Shown: piece by piece, positions 11,230 to 21,967 of the stretch | Layout: every line of letters begins with the position of its first letter | Numbering within the stretch: position 1 is the first letter of the stretch | Source of the DNA: Thraustochytrium aureum | Taxonomy: Eukaryota | DNA length: 64,000 nt | NCBI GenBank assembly: GCA_012862495.1 | Contig: BLSG01000216.1 | Span: forward strand, 295,649-359,648 | Reading direction: 5' to 3' | Position numbers and translations under genes: made by a program | Notes under the pieces: model-generated | What the model was told of the DNA's origin: nothing | The model's input: only the letters and a program-made list of their open reading frames with translations | The model's database searches: none

Positions 11230-11484
11230 TCAGGGCGGGTTGGCGGCCGCGCGTTCGATGGCGAGGTCGACTTGGGCTACTGCAGCGCCCGGCTCTGTGG
11301 TGAAGACTTGGCGAAACTCGGCGATCCGAGAAATCTGCGCGTCGCTCAGGACCCCGCTCGCGGTGGCGGACTCAACCTCCTCCATGTCGAGCCACGTGAC
11401 CGTCAAGTCGCCGGACGGCTTGGCGACGCGGACCTCGCAATCCAGTAGCAAGTCCAGGAACCGGACCGTGTCTGGCGCAGCGAG
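11230..11484 (-). CDS. C-terminal fragment of a DUF402-like protein; rest in gap
   Basis: VRFLDLLLDCEV...WLDMEEVESATASGVLS resembles the DUF402 pattern DL.LD...LD.DE...A...G.I. Confidence 0.5.
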   Translation of the reverse strand, partial: LAAPDTVRFLDLLLDCEVRVAKPSGDLTVTWLDMEEVESATASGVLSDAQISRIAEFRQVFTTEPGAAVAQVDLAIERAAANPP

Positions 11485-12723
11485 NNNNNNNNNNNNNNNN
11501 NNNNNNNNNNNNNNNNNNNNNNNNNNNNNNNNNNNNNNNNNNNNNNNNNNNNNNNNNNNNNNNNNNNNNNNNNNNNNNNNNNNNNNNNNNNNNNNNNNNN
11601 NNNNNNNNNNNNNNNNNNNNNNNNNNNNNNNNNNNNNNNNNNNNNNNNNNNNNNNNNNNNNNNNNNNNNNNNNNNNNNNNNNNNNNNNNNNNNNNNNNNN
11701 NNNNNNNNNNNNNNNNNNNNNNNNNNNNNNNNNNNNNNNNNNNNNNNNNNNNNNNNNNNNNNNNNNNNNNNNNNNNNNNNNNNNNNNNNNNNNNNNNNNN
11801 NNNNNNNNNNNNNNNNNNNNNNNNNNNNNNNNNNNNNNNNNNNNNNNNNNNNNNNNNNNNNNNNNNNNNNNNNNNNNNNNNNNNNNNNNNNNNNNNNNNN
11901 NNNNNNNNNNNNNNNNNNNNNNNNNNNNNNNNNNNNNNNNNNNNNNNNNNNNNNNNNNNNNNNNNNNNNNNNNNNNNNNNNNNNNNNNNNNNNNNNNNNN
12001 NNNNNNNNNNNNNNNNNNNNNNNNNNNNNNNNNNNNNNNNNNNNNNNNNNNNNNNNNNNNNNNNNNNNNNNNNNNNNNNNNNNNNNNNNNNNNNNNNNNN
12101 NNNNNNNNNNNNNNNNNNNNNNNNNNNNNNNNNNNNNNNNNNNNNNNNNNNNNNNNNNNNNNNNNNNNNNNNNNNNNNNNNNNNNNNNNNNNNNCAAGCA
12201 CTTGAGAATTCGAGTGACTCGAGAATTCGAGTGACACAGCCCGGAGCCACAGCGCTCAAGAGCCTTCGCCGTTTGTTTCACGGTTTGAAGGTCGTTGGTT
12301 TCCCCGCGTGAGAAAGATGAAGCGAAGCTTCAGCCACACTGACAATTCTCGCGTGCTATTTCCCACGCACTACCACTCAGCGCAGAGGCGGAGCCACTCG
12401 AACTCCGCGTTCGCTCTGCGCGCCTCAGAGGCGCCCGTGGCCGTTAGAGGGCGGCCTTCGATCGGGTTCGCTGGCCCCGCCCTCGTTGATTCGCTGAGCA
12501 GCCCGGCGGACTCTGCCGCTGAGGGCCTTCCGGCCGAGCTCCCTCGATGTTTCCCTTGGAGGCCCAGGGACTCTGGCGTGGGGCCTTTGCGGAGAAGCGG
12601 CGAGCAGGCAGGCAAGCAGGCGGGCAGGCAGGAGGCAGGCAGAGAGCGAACGGGAGAGGCAGCGCAGGCGGCAAGGCTTGAGGCGGACCTGAGGTGCTGT
12701 TGGTGGTGGCGTTGGCCGGCAAG

Positions 12724-13833
12724 ATGCCGCTCGAGTCGACGATGGTGTGCTTGGACAACTCGGAGTGGATGAGGAACGGAGACTACTCGCCGACGAGGAT
12801 GGAGGCCCAGCACGACGCTGTCAACCTGGTGTGCGGCAGCAAGACGCAGCAAAACCCAGAGAGCACCGTGGGGATTTTGACGATGGCTGGGTCGGGCGTG
12901 CAGGTGCTCTGCTCGCCCACGGACGACATGGGCAAGATTCTCAGCGCCGGAACCGGCATCACGATCGGCGGCAAGACCAACTTTGCGGCGGGGCTGCAGA
13001 TCGCCCAGCTCGCCCTCAAGCACAGGAAGAACAAGAACGGCGGGCAGCGCATAGTCGTCTTCATCGGCAGCCCCATCGACGTGGAGGAGAAGAAGCTGGT
13101 CAAGATCGCCAAGCAGCTCAAGAAAGGCAACATCGCCGTCGACCTCGTCAGCATGGGCGAGCACGAGGTCAACGAGGCCAAGCTGGAGGCCTTCTTAGAG
13201 GCAGTCAACAAGAACAGCAACAGTCATCTCGTGGTCATTCCGAAGGGCGTGCTCCCGTCGGACGTGCTCATCTCCTCGCCCGTCATCACTGGTGAAGAGG
13301 GCGGCATGGGCGGCGGCGGCATGGGCGGCGGCGGTATGGGCGCGTTCAGCGAGTTTGGCGGCGTTGACCCCAATCTCGACCCGGAGCTCGCCATCGCGCT
13401 TCGCGTCTCCATGGAGGAAGCCCGGGCAGAGGCTGAGCGCAACGCCGCAGCCTCCGGAGAGGGCGCGCCCCCGCAAGACTCGGGTGCCGCGCAGGCTGCC
13501 GCGGGCGACCCCGGGGCAGGCATTGCCATGGACGACGACGAAATGTTGCAGCAGGCGCTCATGATGTCGATGATGGGCGACGCTGCAGGGAGCGCTGACG
13601 CGGGCGCAAAAGCAAACGACGGAGACAAGGGGAGCTCAGGTAGCGGCGACGCTGCCGCGTTTCTTGACCCGAGCTTTGTTGCAGGCCTCCTGAAGGGCTT
13701 GCCTGGGGTCGACGTGAACGATCCGCAGATTCAGGCCGCGTTGGCAAGCGCAGGCGCTAAGGCAGAGAAGGACGCTGAGGAGGACGAGGAGGACGACAAG
13801 AAAGCGGGCAAGAAAAAGAAGGGCGACAAGTGA
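12724..13833 (+). CDS. RPN10: 26S proteasome ubiquitin receptor Rpn10/PSMD4
   Basis: MPLESTMVCLDNSEWMRNGDYSPTR, NPESTVG, AQLALKHR, RIVVFIGSP, UIM GVDPNLDPELAIALRVSMEE, second UIM-like LQQALMMSM, C-terminal LPGVD motif. Confidence 0.98.
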   Translation: MPLESTMVCLDNSEWMRNGDYSPTRMEAQHDAVNLVCGSKTQQNPESTVGILTMAGSGVQVLCSPTDDMGKILSAGTGITIGGKTNFAAGLQIAQLALKHRKNKNGGQRIVVFIGSPIDVEEKKLVKIAKQLKKGNIAVDLVSMGEHEVNEAKLEAFLEAVNKNSNSHLVVIPKGVLPSDVLISSPVITGEEGGMGGGGMGGGGMGAFSEFGGVDPNLDPELAIALRVSMEEARAEAERNAAASGEGAPPQDSGAAQAAAGDPGAGIAMDDDEMLQQALMMSMMGDAAGSADAGAKANDGDKGSSGSGDAAAFLDPSFVAGLLKGLPGVDVNDPQIQAALASAGAKAEKDAEEDEEDDKKAGKKKKGDK

Positions 13834-14172
13834 TAGGTGCTCGCCGCGACGGACGGCCGCAGACGCGTTTCTCTTGAAAACAGTGTTTTCGACGGTCAGG
13901 CTTGTTGAGCTTCTCTAAAGCAACAACCTCGAACTTGAAGACCCTGGTCGTTTCTACTCCCTCTGCGCTTGCGCCTCGCTCCGCTCTCCTTCTCGCTCGT
14001 CGCGAGGTGGTGCTTGACAGCGGCCACGTCCTCCTTGAAGCCGATGGCCGCATCCTCGACTGAGACTGCGGCGCACAAACGCACAAACGAAATTACCTTT
14101 ATTGACGTTTGCTACGTAGCGTACGACTTAAAAACGGCGGCAGCGACGGCGCTTGCGCCAACGCGCCGGCCT

Positions 14173-14756
14173 TCACCATGGCCGCTTGACATCGGCGTAC
14201 CAGGAGAGCTGCTCGGCGGTCCCGGCAGATCCCCGGATGCCCAGCGCCCGGGCCAGCCCAACATCGGCAAGACCGACGAGGTCGCTCACCGCGGTCGTGA
14301 TGAAGGCGAGCACGCCGACGAAGATGAAGAGGGCGAACAGCGAGCTCAAGGCCTCGTCCACATTCTCCTCCTCTAAACGGGTGAGGCCGAGAGAGGTCTT
14401 TGGTCTTGAGGACCTCGTGCCGGATGAGGTGCTTGAGCTTGTGCTTGATGCGCCGCTTGTGGGCCGGCTTGTCTGCGCTGCTCGCCGACGCGCTCCGCTC
14501 CGCACGCGGCGAGTCTGGCGCGCTAACTGGCTCAGGCGAGGGCGGGGTCGCTGCTTCAGATGGCGCGGCACTGCTGAATTCTGCAGCCGGTGCCGCATCA
14601 GCTGCTGGCTCTCGCGCGGCGCCATCCTCGACCGCAGCTTCGACCTCACCGTGTGGGGGGGCGACGAGTACGCGAAGGCTATCCCCCGGCTCGGGTCCGA
14701 GCTCGGCGGCGCAGAGGCCGTGGCGCTCTCCGCCTGATCAGTTCCGCCTTGGGAGT
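14173..14756 (-). CDS. Hypothetical membrane protein fragment; probable frameshift ~14401; ends uncertain
   Basis: An Ala/Pro/Glu-rich frame ending KRRIKHKLKHLIRHEVLK continues after a shift into EEENVDEALSSLFALFIFVGVLAFITTAV (TM). Confidence 0.4.
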
Positions 14757-15417
14757 NNNNNNNNNNNNNNNNNNNNNNNNNNNNNNNNNNNNNNNNNNNN
14801 NNNNNNNNNNNNNNNNNNNNNNNNNNNNNNNNNNNNNNNNNNNNNNNNNNNNNNNNNNNNNNNNNNNNNNNNNNNNNNNNNNNNNNNNNNNNNNNNNNNN
14901 NNNNNNNNNNNNNNNNNNNNNNNNNNNNNNNNNNNNNNNNNNNNNNNNNNNNNNNNNNNNNNNNNNNNNNNNNNNNNNNNNNNNNNNNNNNNNNNNNNNN
15001 NNNNNNNNNNNNNNNNNNNNNNNNNNNNNNNNNNNNNNNNNNNNNNNNNNNNNNNNNNNNNNNNNNNNNNNNNNNNNNNNNNNNNNNNNNNNNNNNNNNN
15101 NNNNNNNNNNNNNNNNNNNNNNNNNNNNNNNNNNNNNNNNNNNNNNNNNNNNNNNNNNNNNNNNNNNNNNNNNNNNNNNNNNNNNNNNNNNNNNNNNNNN
15201 NNNNNNNNNNNNNNNNNNNNNNNNNNNNNNNNNNNNNNNNNNNNNNNNNNNNNNNNNNNNNNNNNNNNNNNNNNNNNNNNNNNNNNNNNNNNNNNNNNNN
15301 NNNNNNNNNNNNNNNNNNNNNNNNNNNNNNNNNNNNNNNNNNNNNNNNNNNNNNNNNNNNNNNNNNNNGTCGTGCGCCTCCTCGCGCTGGAGCTGCTCGC
15401 GCTAATAATGTGTCAGT

Positions 15418-15454
<37 letters not shown>

Positions 15455-16349
15455 TGTCCACTTGAGGCCCCGACGCGAGCGGGCCGCCACCAGACCGAGC
15501 GCGGCGCTCTCACGGCCAGCGCCGCGGGAAGCGCCGAGGTCTGCTGCCAGGTCGATGCGCTCGCTCGCTCGCTCGACGGCCTGCCCCTGCTCTTCCTCCT
15601 CTTCCTCCTCTTCCTCCACCTCCTCCTTGCCGGTTTTTCCAAAAAATAAAATCAGACCATCAATTCAGCAAAAACCAACTTGAACGTGCCAGTCACGGTG
15701 GACGAAAAAAGCAAAAAATGCCTCTAGCTCTCTAGAGCTATCGAGAGCAGGTAGTGCCAGTGGAGTCTTGGCGATGAACTCGAAGCACTCCGAAGCAAAG
15801 AGAGAGAGGGCGCGCGAATAGGGGACAAAACAAATCACTGACGCTCGCGCATTCCTCCTCCATCAGCGAACGGCACACACGTGATTTGCTGTGTCCGATG
15901 CGGGTCTCATCATCGACGTCTCGTGTCGCTCAAGTGAATCTTTTTGGACGCAACGCAAAGCGCAGAGCAGACGGACNNNNNNNNNNNNNNNNNNNNNNNN
16001 NNNNNNNNNNNNNNNNNNNNNNNNNNNNNNNNNNNNNNNNNNNNNNNNNNNNNNNNNNNNNNNNNNNNNNNNNNNNNNNNNNNNNNNNNNNNNNNNNNNN
16101 NNNNNNNNNNNNNNNNNNNNNNNNNNNNNNNNNNNNNNNNNNNNNNNNNNNNNNNNNNNNNNNNNNNNNNNNNNNNNNNNNNNNNNNNNNNNNNNNNNNN
16201 NNNNNNNNNNNNNNNNNNNNNNNNNNNNNNNNNNNNNNNNNNNNNNNNNNNNNNNNNNNNNNNNNNNNNNNNNNNNNNNNNNNNNNNNNNNNNNNNNNNN
16301 NNNNCCGGCCGGCCGGCCTCTGTGCCGAGTTGGCGGTGAGGTGCTTGTT

Positions 16350-17435
16350 ATGGAGAGTGGCGGGTTTGTGATGGTGCACGGCGAGTCGGAACGCGAGGCT
16401 GGTGGAGCGGACGCGATGGAGGACACGTCGGATGTGGTCACGCTGGAGGACCTGATTGGCAACATGGATCATTTGGTGAAGACAACAGGCACTGTGGAAG
16501 TTCGGGGTCTCGCCGTTCGCTACTGGCGGTACTGCAACCCGAAGCAGCCGCTGGGCAAGGACGCGGCGACGGTGCTCGCGCTTCACGGCGGGCCGAGTTT
16601 CACGCACAACTACATTCTTCCGCTCGTGTTGCTTGCGGACTGGGGCTACCCGGTTGTGTTTTACGACCAGTGCGGTTGCGGGGCGTCGCGGAACGGTGTC
16701 GAGGACCCGCGAGAGCAGGGGCTCGAGCACCTGCTAACGGTCGAGTACTACATCGAGGAGGTCGGCGCCGTGGTTGCCGCCCTGCAACTCGCCGCTGGCG
16801 AGTTTTACGTGTACGGGTCGTCGTGGGGGTCTATGCTCGCGCAGGAGTACGCCGTGACCCAGCCGGCCGGCCTGGTTGGGCTCATCTTGGACGGCACCTT
16901 CGCGGACGCTCACGTGTATATCGAGTCGCAGTGGCGAGATCGCGTGGGCACCCTGCCGACGTTCACACAGCGCTTTCTCCGAACGTTGACCGAGCAGGGC
17001 CGCTTCGACTGCAAGGGCTACAAGGCGATTGAGAAGAGTCTGTCCGACATGTTCACCACGAGGCTGCTGCCGCACCCCGAGCCGTACTTGAAGTGCGAGC
17101 GTGAGCAAAACGAAACCATCTACAAGCTGATGCAAGGGGCGAGCGAGTTTTGCACGGGCGGCGTCCTCAAGGACTGGTCGATCGTGGACAGGCTCCACCT
17201 TGTCACCGTCCCGGCGCTGATCATCAGGGGCGAGTACGACACGATGACGGAGGAGGCCTCGCAGCAAGTCGCTGACTGCATCCCGCTGGCGTGGCCCGTG
17301 GTCTGTGTCCCGCGCGCGGCGCACTGCAAGTTGCTGGACGAGCCCCAGGTTTGCTGCTCTCACTTTGTGCGATTTCTGACGGCGTGCGACAAGGCGAGAC
17401 GGCAAGGCCACGCTGCGGCAGCAGGGCACCAGTAA
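16350..17435 (+). CDS. Proline iminopeptidase / L-amino acid amidase-type alpha/beta hydrolase (peptidase S33)
   Basis: LHGGPSFTHNY, FYDQCGCG, GSSWGSMLAQEYA, MQGASEF, LKDWS, GEYDTM, AAHC. Confidence 0.92.
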   Translation: MESGGFVMVHGESEREAGGADAMEDTSDVVTLEDLIGNMDHLVKTTGTVEVRGLAVRYWRYCNPKQPLGKDAATVLALHGGPSFTHNYILPLVLLADWGYPVVFYDQCGCGASRNGVEDPREQGLEHLLTVEYYIEEVGAVVAALQLAAGEFYVYGSSWGSMLAQEYAVTQPAGLVGLILDGTFADAHVYIESQWRDRVGTLPTFTQRFLRTLTEQGRFDCKGYKAIEKSLSDMFTTRLLPHPEPYLKCEREQNETIYKLMQGASEFCTGGVLKDWSIVDRLHLVTVPALIIRGEYDTMTEEASQQVADCIPLAWPVVCVPRAAHCKLLDEPQVCCSHFVRFLTACDKARRQGHAAAAGHQ

Positions 17436-17703
17436 AGGGCGTAAAGGGCGTAAAGAGCGACTCGCAGCTTCCTATTGTTTCTATTGGCCGATTGGGACCA
17501 CTGCAAGCAGCCTTGTGACCACACCGCGCAGAGAGCTAACGCGCATCCACTTTCCTCGGGCCAAGCCCCTGTCCGGCCTAGCTGCACAACGCGACCTGGC
17601 AAGGGCAGACACGCCCCTCACCGCCCTCCTGAACCTCGTTTCGATTCCCTTGAAAAAATGCGAAGAAACAAAACAGACAGGGTGCCCAGCTGGCACTTCT
17701 GAC

Positions 17704-20500
17704 TCAAAATGCGAGGGCCCAATCGGCGGCCGGGGATGTTTGGAGGTAGGGCTCGATCTGAAAGTTCTCGTCGTACTCATCAAAGAGCGACGTGTCGAGC
17801 GCGTCTCTGATTGGCGGCACCCAAGGCGCCTGAATCTGTTTGGTCTCGAGGCTGGTCCAGTCGACAAGCTCAAACCAGGGATGCTCCATAATCTCCGATA
17901 TGCCCTTGTGGCCACCGCCAATGCGCGCGAACGGGTCCTTGCGCAAGAGCGCCGTCATGAGGCTTTGGCGGCTACGCTTTGCAGTCGTCCGGGAAGACCA
18001 GAGACTGCTTGACAATGCGCTTACAGATCTCGTTCGAGTTGTCCTCGGGGCCCCCAAAGGGGGTGTAGCCGTTGATGATTTCGTACATGAGGATGCCGAG
18101 GCCCCAAACGTCATTCTGGGGGCCGTAGCCGCGGCCGAGAACGAGCTCCGGCGAGAAGAACTCGGGCGTCCCACAGAGGGTGTGGGTCAAGCGATGGGTT
18201 ATTTTGGCGAACCCGAAATCGACAAGCTTGAGATACCCGGTCGTATCGATCAGGATGTTTTCGGGCTTGAGGTCGCGGTAAAGAATGTGCTTGGTGTGCA
18301 GGTGGTGGAACGCGGAAACCACGTTGGCCACGTAAAAGATGTGGTGCGGCCGCTTCAGGTTCGCACCGTAGTTTTGCAGAAAGGAGAAGAGCTCGCCGCC
18401 CTGCACCAGCTCAAGAAGCATGTAGAGGCTGTCGCGGTCCTGGAATGTCTGGTGCAGCGTGATGATGAACGGATGCGAAAGCGTCGCGAGCAGGAGCTTT
18501 TCGTTGATGATGTTCTGCTGCAGCTTGTACTTTACGATTTGCGCCTTGCTCTGCATCTTGAGTGCGAAGGTGGTTCCCTCGATCTTGTGGCGGACGAGGA
18601 GCACCCGTCCAAAGGTTCCGGTTCCGAGCGTCTTGACGCTGGTCAAGTCCTTCAGCGCGAACGCCGTGCGGCGGGCGCGCCCTGTGGGGTCGACATCCAT
18701 AGCCTCGGCCTGCTGGGCCTTCAGGGCGCGGTGCTGCTCCTCGTAGTGGCGTTGGCGCTCCATCTCTTTGTGCGTTTTCTTGTTTTCCTCGCGGCGCAGC
18801 CTGATGTCGCGTTTGAGGATGGCGTCGGCGGGCCCGAGGAGCCCCTCAAAGCTGCTCCTGTCAAGCACAAAGCACTCGCACGGCGAGGTCGCGATCACAC
18901 TGGCCTCGCGATAGCCGTTCTCCATGAGAGCCATTTCTCCAAAGTAGTCGCCGATTTTGAGCGTGCCCACCGTGTTCGTGAACTCTTTGCCGGTCTTGGG
19001 GAAGACGACGCGCTGGGTTACCTTGGCCTCGCCGCTGCGGAGCACATAGAAGGACGACGCGTACTGGCCCTGGTGGATGATGTACTCGCCCGGAGCGAAG
19101 GCCTGCACCGTGAAGGCCTGGATGACCTTGCCGACCTCGGCGTCGTCGAGGTGGCGAAACAGCTCGATCTGCTTGAAGACGCTGACGCGAATGTTGCGGT
19201 CCAGCACTTCACGTAGCGGCCCGAGGATCGAGGTAAATGCGAATCGGTCGAGCAGCAAGCAGGTGACGTCCGTGAGCGCCACCACGTTGGCCGCACGGGC
19301 CTCGTCCTTGAGCAGGGCGCGCTCCCCGAAAAACGCGTGCGGGCCAAGGTCGAGCGTGGACGGTTGCTCGCCCTCCTTGAGCGCAACGCCGCCAGAGACG
19401 CGCACCTGGCCGTGCTTGATTATGTAAAACACGTCACCAATCTCACCCTTGCGGATGATCGAGTCGCCCTTGCGAAACTCGCGAAACCTAACGACGTCAG
19501 CGCAAAGCTCGATCTGCTCGTCTGTCAGCACAGCCAAAAGTGGGACCTGGCGCAGAGCGATGCGCGCCTCCTGAATGTCGTGCCGAGCCGAGGTCCGCAA
19601 CATGGAGCGGAAGCCCTGGCGGTCGAGCTTCCAGACGACCGCGTCGGCACTCGCGCGAACGGTTGCGGCGCGCGACTGGCCGTACAGGAGAGCCAGCTCG
19701 CCAAAGCTTCCGCCTTCGTGAATCAGACCCACTGTTTTGTTTTCTTCCGTCTCGGTGTTGCTGTCCCGCTGCGTCTGGAGCACATCAAACGTGCCGCTCT
19801 CGACAACATGAAAAAGTCGCCCCTGTCGCCCTGGCGGATGAGCACGTGGCCTGCCGGGACTTCCTCTTTGCACATCATGTCGACTACTTTGTGGAGCTCG
19901 TCGCTGCTCAGGCCTTGGAAAACGTACGAACCCTTGAGGATGCTGCTCAGCATGGCTCTTGTCTGCGGCGACTTTGGGAAAAAGGTTCCGAGCGGCTCAC
20001 GATCGCTCGAGGCCTCCACCGATGCGCTGCGCTCGACGATGACGTTCTCGCGGCGCTTCTTTTCGCGGGAAAAGGAAGTCTTCTTGCCGATCATCGACAT
20101 GAGCCCCTTGAGTTTGTTCTTTCGGGTCGAAGCGGACGATCCCGGGGACGACCCACCTGACATGCTGCCGCTGCTGGCGCGCCCCAGCGTTGGAGGCACC
20201 GCGGTTCGCCCTGAAACCGCGCCCGCGCCTGCTCCAGACCCCGAGGTGCTCGAGGCGCTGGTCGTGACGGCCGCGCTGGTCGCGCTGGTTACGCTGTGCC
20301 CGCCGCCTGCCCGGGGCGCAAACCCCGGGTCCAGGTGGCCCGTCTCGAGCTCGGGCGGGTTTGCGTCGGGCAAGGTCTCTGTGGGGGCGCGCTGCCGTTT
20401 GTTTGTTGTGCCGCCGACAGAGTCTTTCTCCTCATCCATGGCGCTCGCACCGCTCTCGCTGCTCTTGGAGCTCCCAGCAAGGTCGAGCTCGCTCGTTACC
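17704..20500 (-). CDS. Cyclic-nucleotide-dependent AGC kinase (PKG-like architecture: three cNMP-binding domains + kinase); frameshifts ~19812 and ~17970; N-terminus continues through gap to about 21090
   Basis: Three phosphate-binding cassettes (FGELALL..RAATV, FGERALL..RAANV, FGEMALM..REASV). Kinase motifs GTGTFGRV, ALK, YRDLKPEN, DFGFAK, TLCGTPE. AGC tail APWVPPI..D.S.FD..DWALAF. Confidence 0.92.
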
Positions 20501-20980
20501 NNNNNNNNNNNNNNNNNNNNNNNNNNNNNNNNNNNNNNNNNNNNNNNNNNNNNNNNNNNNNNNNNNNNNNNNNNNNNNNNNNNNNNNNNNNNNNNNNNNN
20601 NNNNNNNNNNNNNNNNNNNNNNNNNNNNNNNNNNNNNNNNNNNNNNNNNNNNNNNNNNNNNNNNNNNNNNNNNNNNNNNNNNNNNNNNNNNNNNNNNNNN
20701 NNNNNNNNNNNNNNNNNNNNNNNNNNNNNNNNNNNNNNNNNNNNNNNNNNNNNNNNNNNNNNNNNNNNNNNNNNNNNNNNNNNNNNNNNNNNNNNNNNNN
20801 NNNNNNNNNNNNNNNNNNNNNNNNNNNNNNNNNNNNNNNNNNNNNNNNNNNNNNNNNNNNNNNNNNNNNNNNNNNNNNNNNNNNNNNNNNNNNNNNNNNN
20901 NNNNNNNNNNNNNNNNNNNNNNNNNNNNNNNNNNNNNNNNNNNNNNNNNNNNNNNNNNNNNNNNNNNNNGGGTGCTCCGC

Positions 20981-21044
20981 GCGTCCTGCGCGTCCTGGGC
21001 GTCCTGGGCGTCCTGGGCGTCCTGCGTGTCCAGCGTGTCCTGCG
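20981..21044. repeat. 9-bp tandem repeat (GCGTCCTGG-like), reading QDA repeats on the minus strand
   Basis: gcgtcctgc gcgtcctgg gcgtcctgg gcgtcctgg gcgtcctgc visible directly. Confidence 0.8.
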
Positions 21045-21967
21045 GGTCTGCCTGGAGCGCGACAGGCAGGCTGTTCGGGCGCGGCTTGTGAATGTATGTT
21101 CTGAGGCGAGCGGGACGAAAAAAAAAGGCAAAGAAAAGCAAAGATAATCAGACTGTGGCAGGTAAGAGCCCGCGAAGATCGCGCAGCGTGCAGAGGCGTG
21201 CATGCCCGCTGGCGGGGCGAATCATCGACCTGCAGCTAGCTGAGCAGCTGCCTCCCTCTGCGTGGGGGCAAACAGCCGCAGTGGAGCGCCGCCGACCAGG
21301 AGAGGGCCGGCCATCACATAGTAGAGTACCTACAGTACTTACTTACGCAGTCTGCTTGTGCGGCGCGGCCGAATCACTCGAGTTGACGTCAGTGGAAGTA
21401 GGTATTTCTGCATTTTTGCATTCATCTGTTGTGCTGGTACTCAACGAGTCAAGGAGAAGTAGAGAAGTAGGTAGAGTAAGTAGCGAGCGGAAGCCGCCTC
21501 AGGGCCTCGCGGGGTGGACGCAGGTCTTCGCGCCGAGGTGTTGCGTTCGAGTTGGCGCGCACACGAAAAGCAATGGACAACCAAAGCAGCAAACAAACAA
21601 TCGTTCATCAACACTGCAGCCGGATGGGAGACACACGGCGCGCAAACCAAAACACAACTTGAGCCGTGCACAAAACACAACGCTCCGCGTCTGCAGCACA
21701 ACGCCCTGCCGCAGCCGCAGCACAACGCTCGGCAGAGCGATCTGAAGAGGTGTTTTTCTGGTGGTTTTTTCGTGGTTTTTTCGTTGATTTTTTGATCGAT
21801 CGACAGCGTGTGTGCAAAGAGGGCGTTCGTTGTGCACGCCACTTGCACAGTAGTAAGCAAGGCATGGCGATGGATGACACGAGATGCGCGCGGCAGTCAC
21901 CGAGCAGAGCTTGCAAGGGCCGGTCGCGCGAAGGCACGAGGGAAGGAGGCGACGCAGGACCAGCGAA

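Noticed and set aside
12203..12235. Heat-shock element upstream of RPN10
   Set aside because: GAA and TTC are adjacent (GAATTC) rather than in nGAAnnTTCn spacing.
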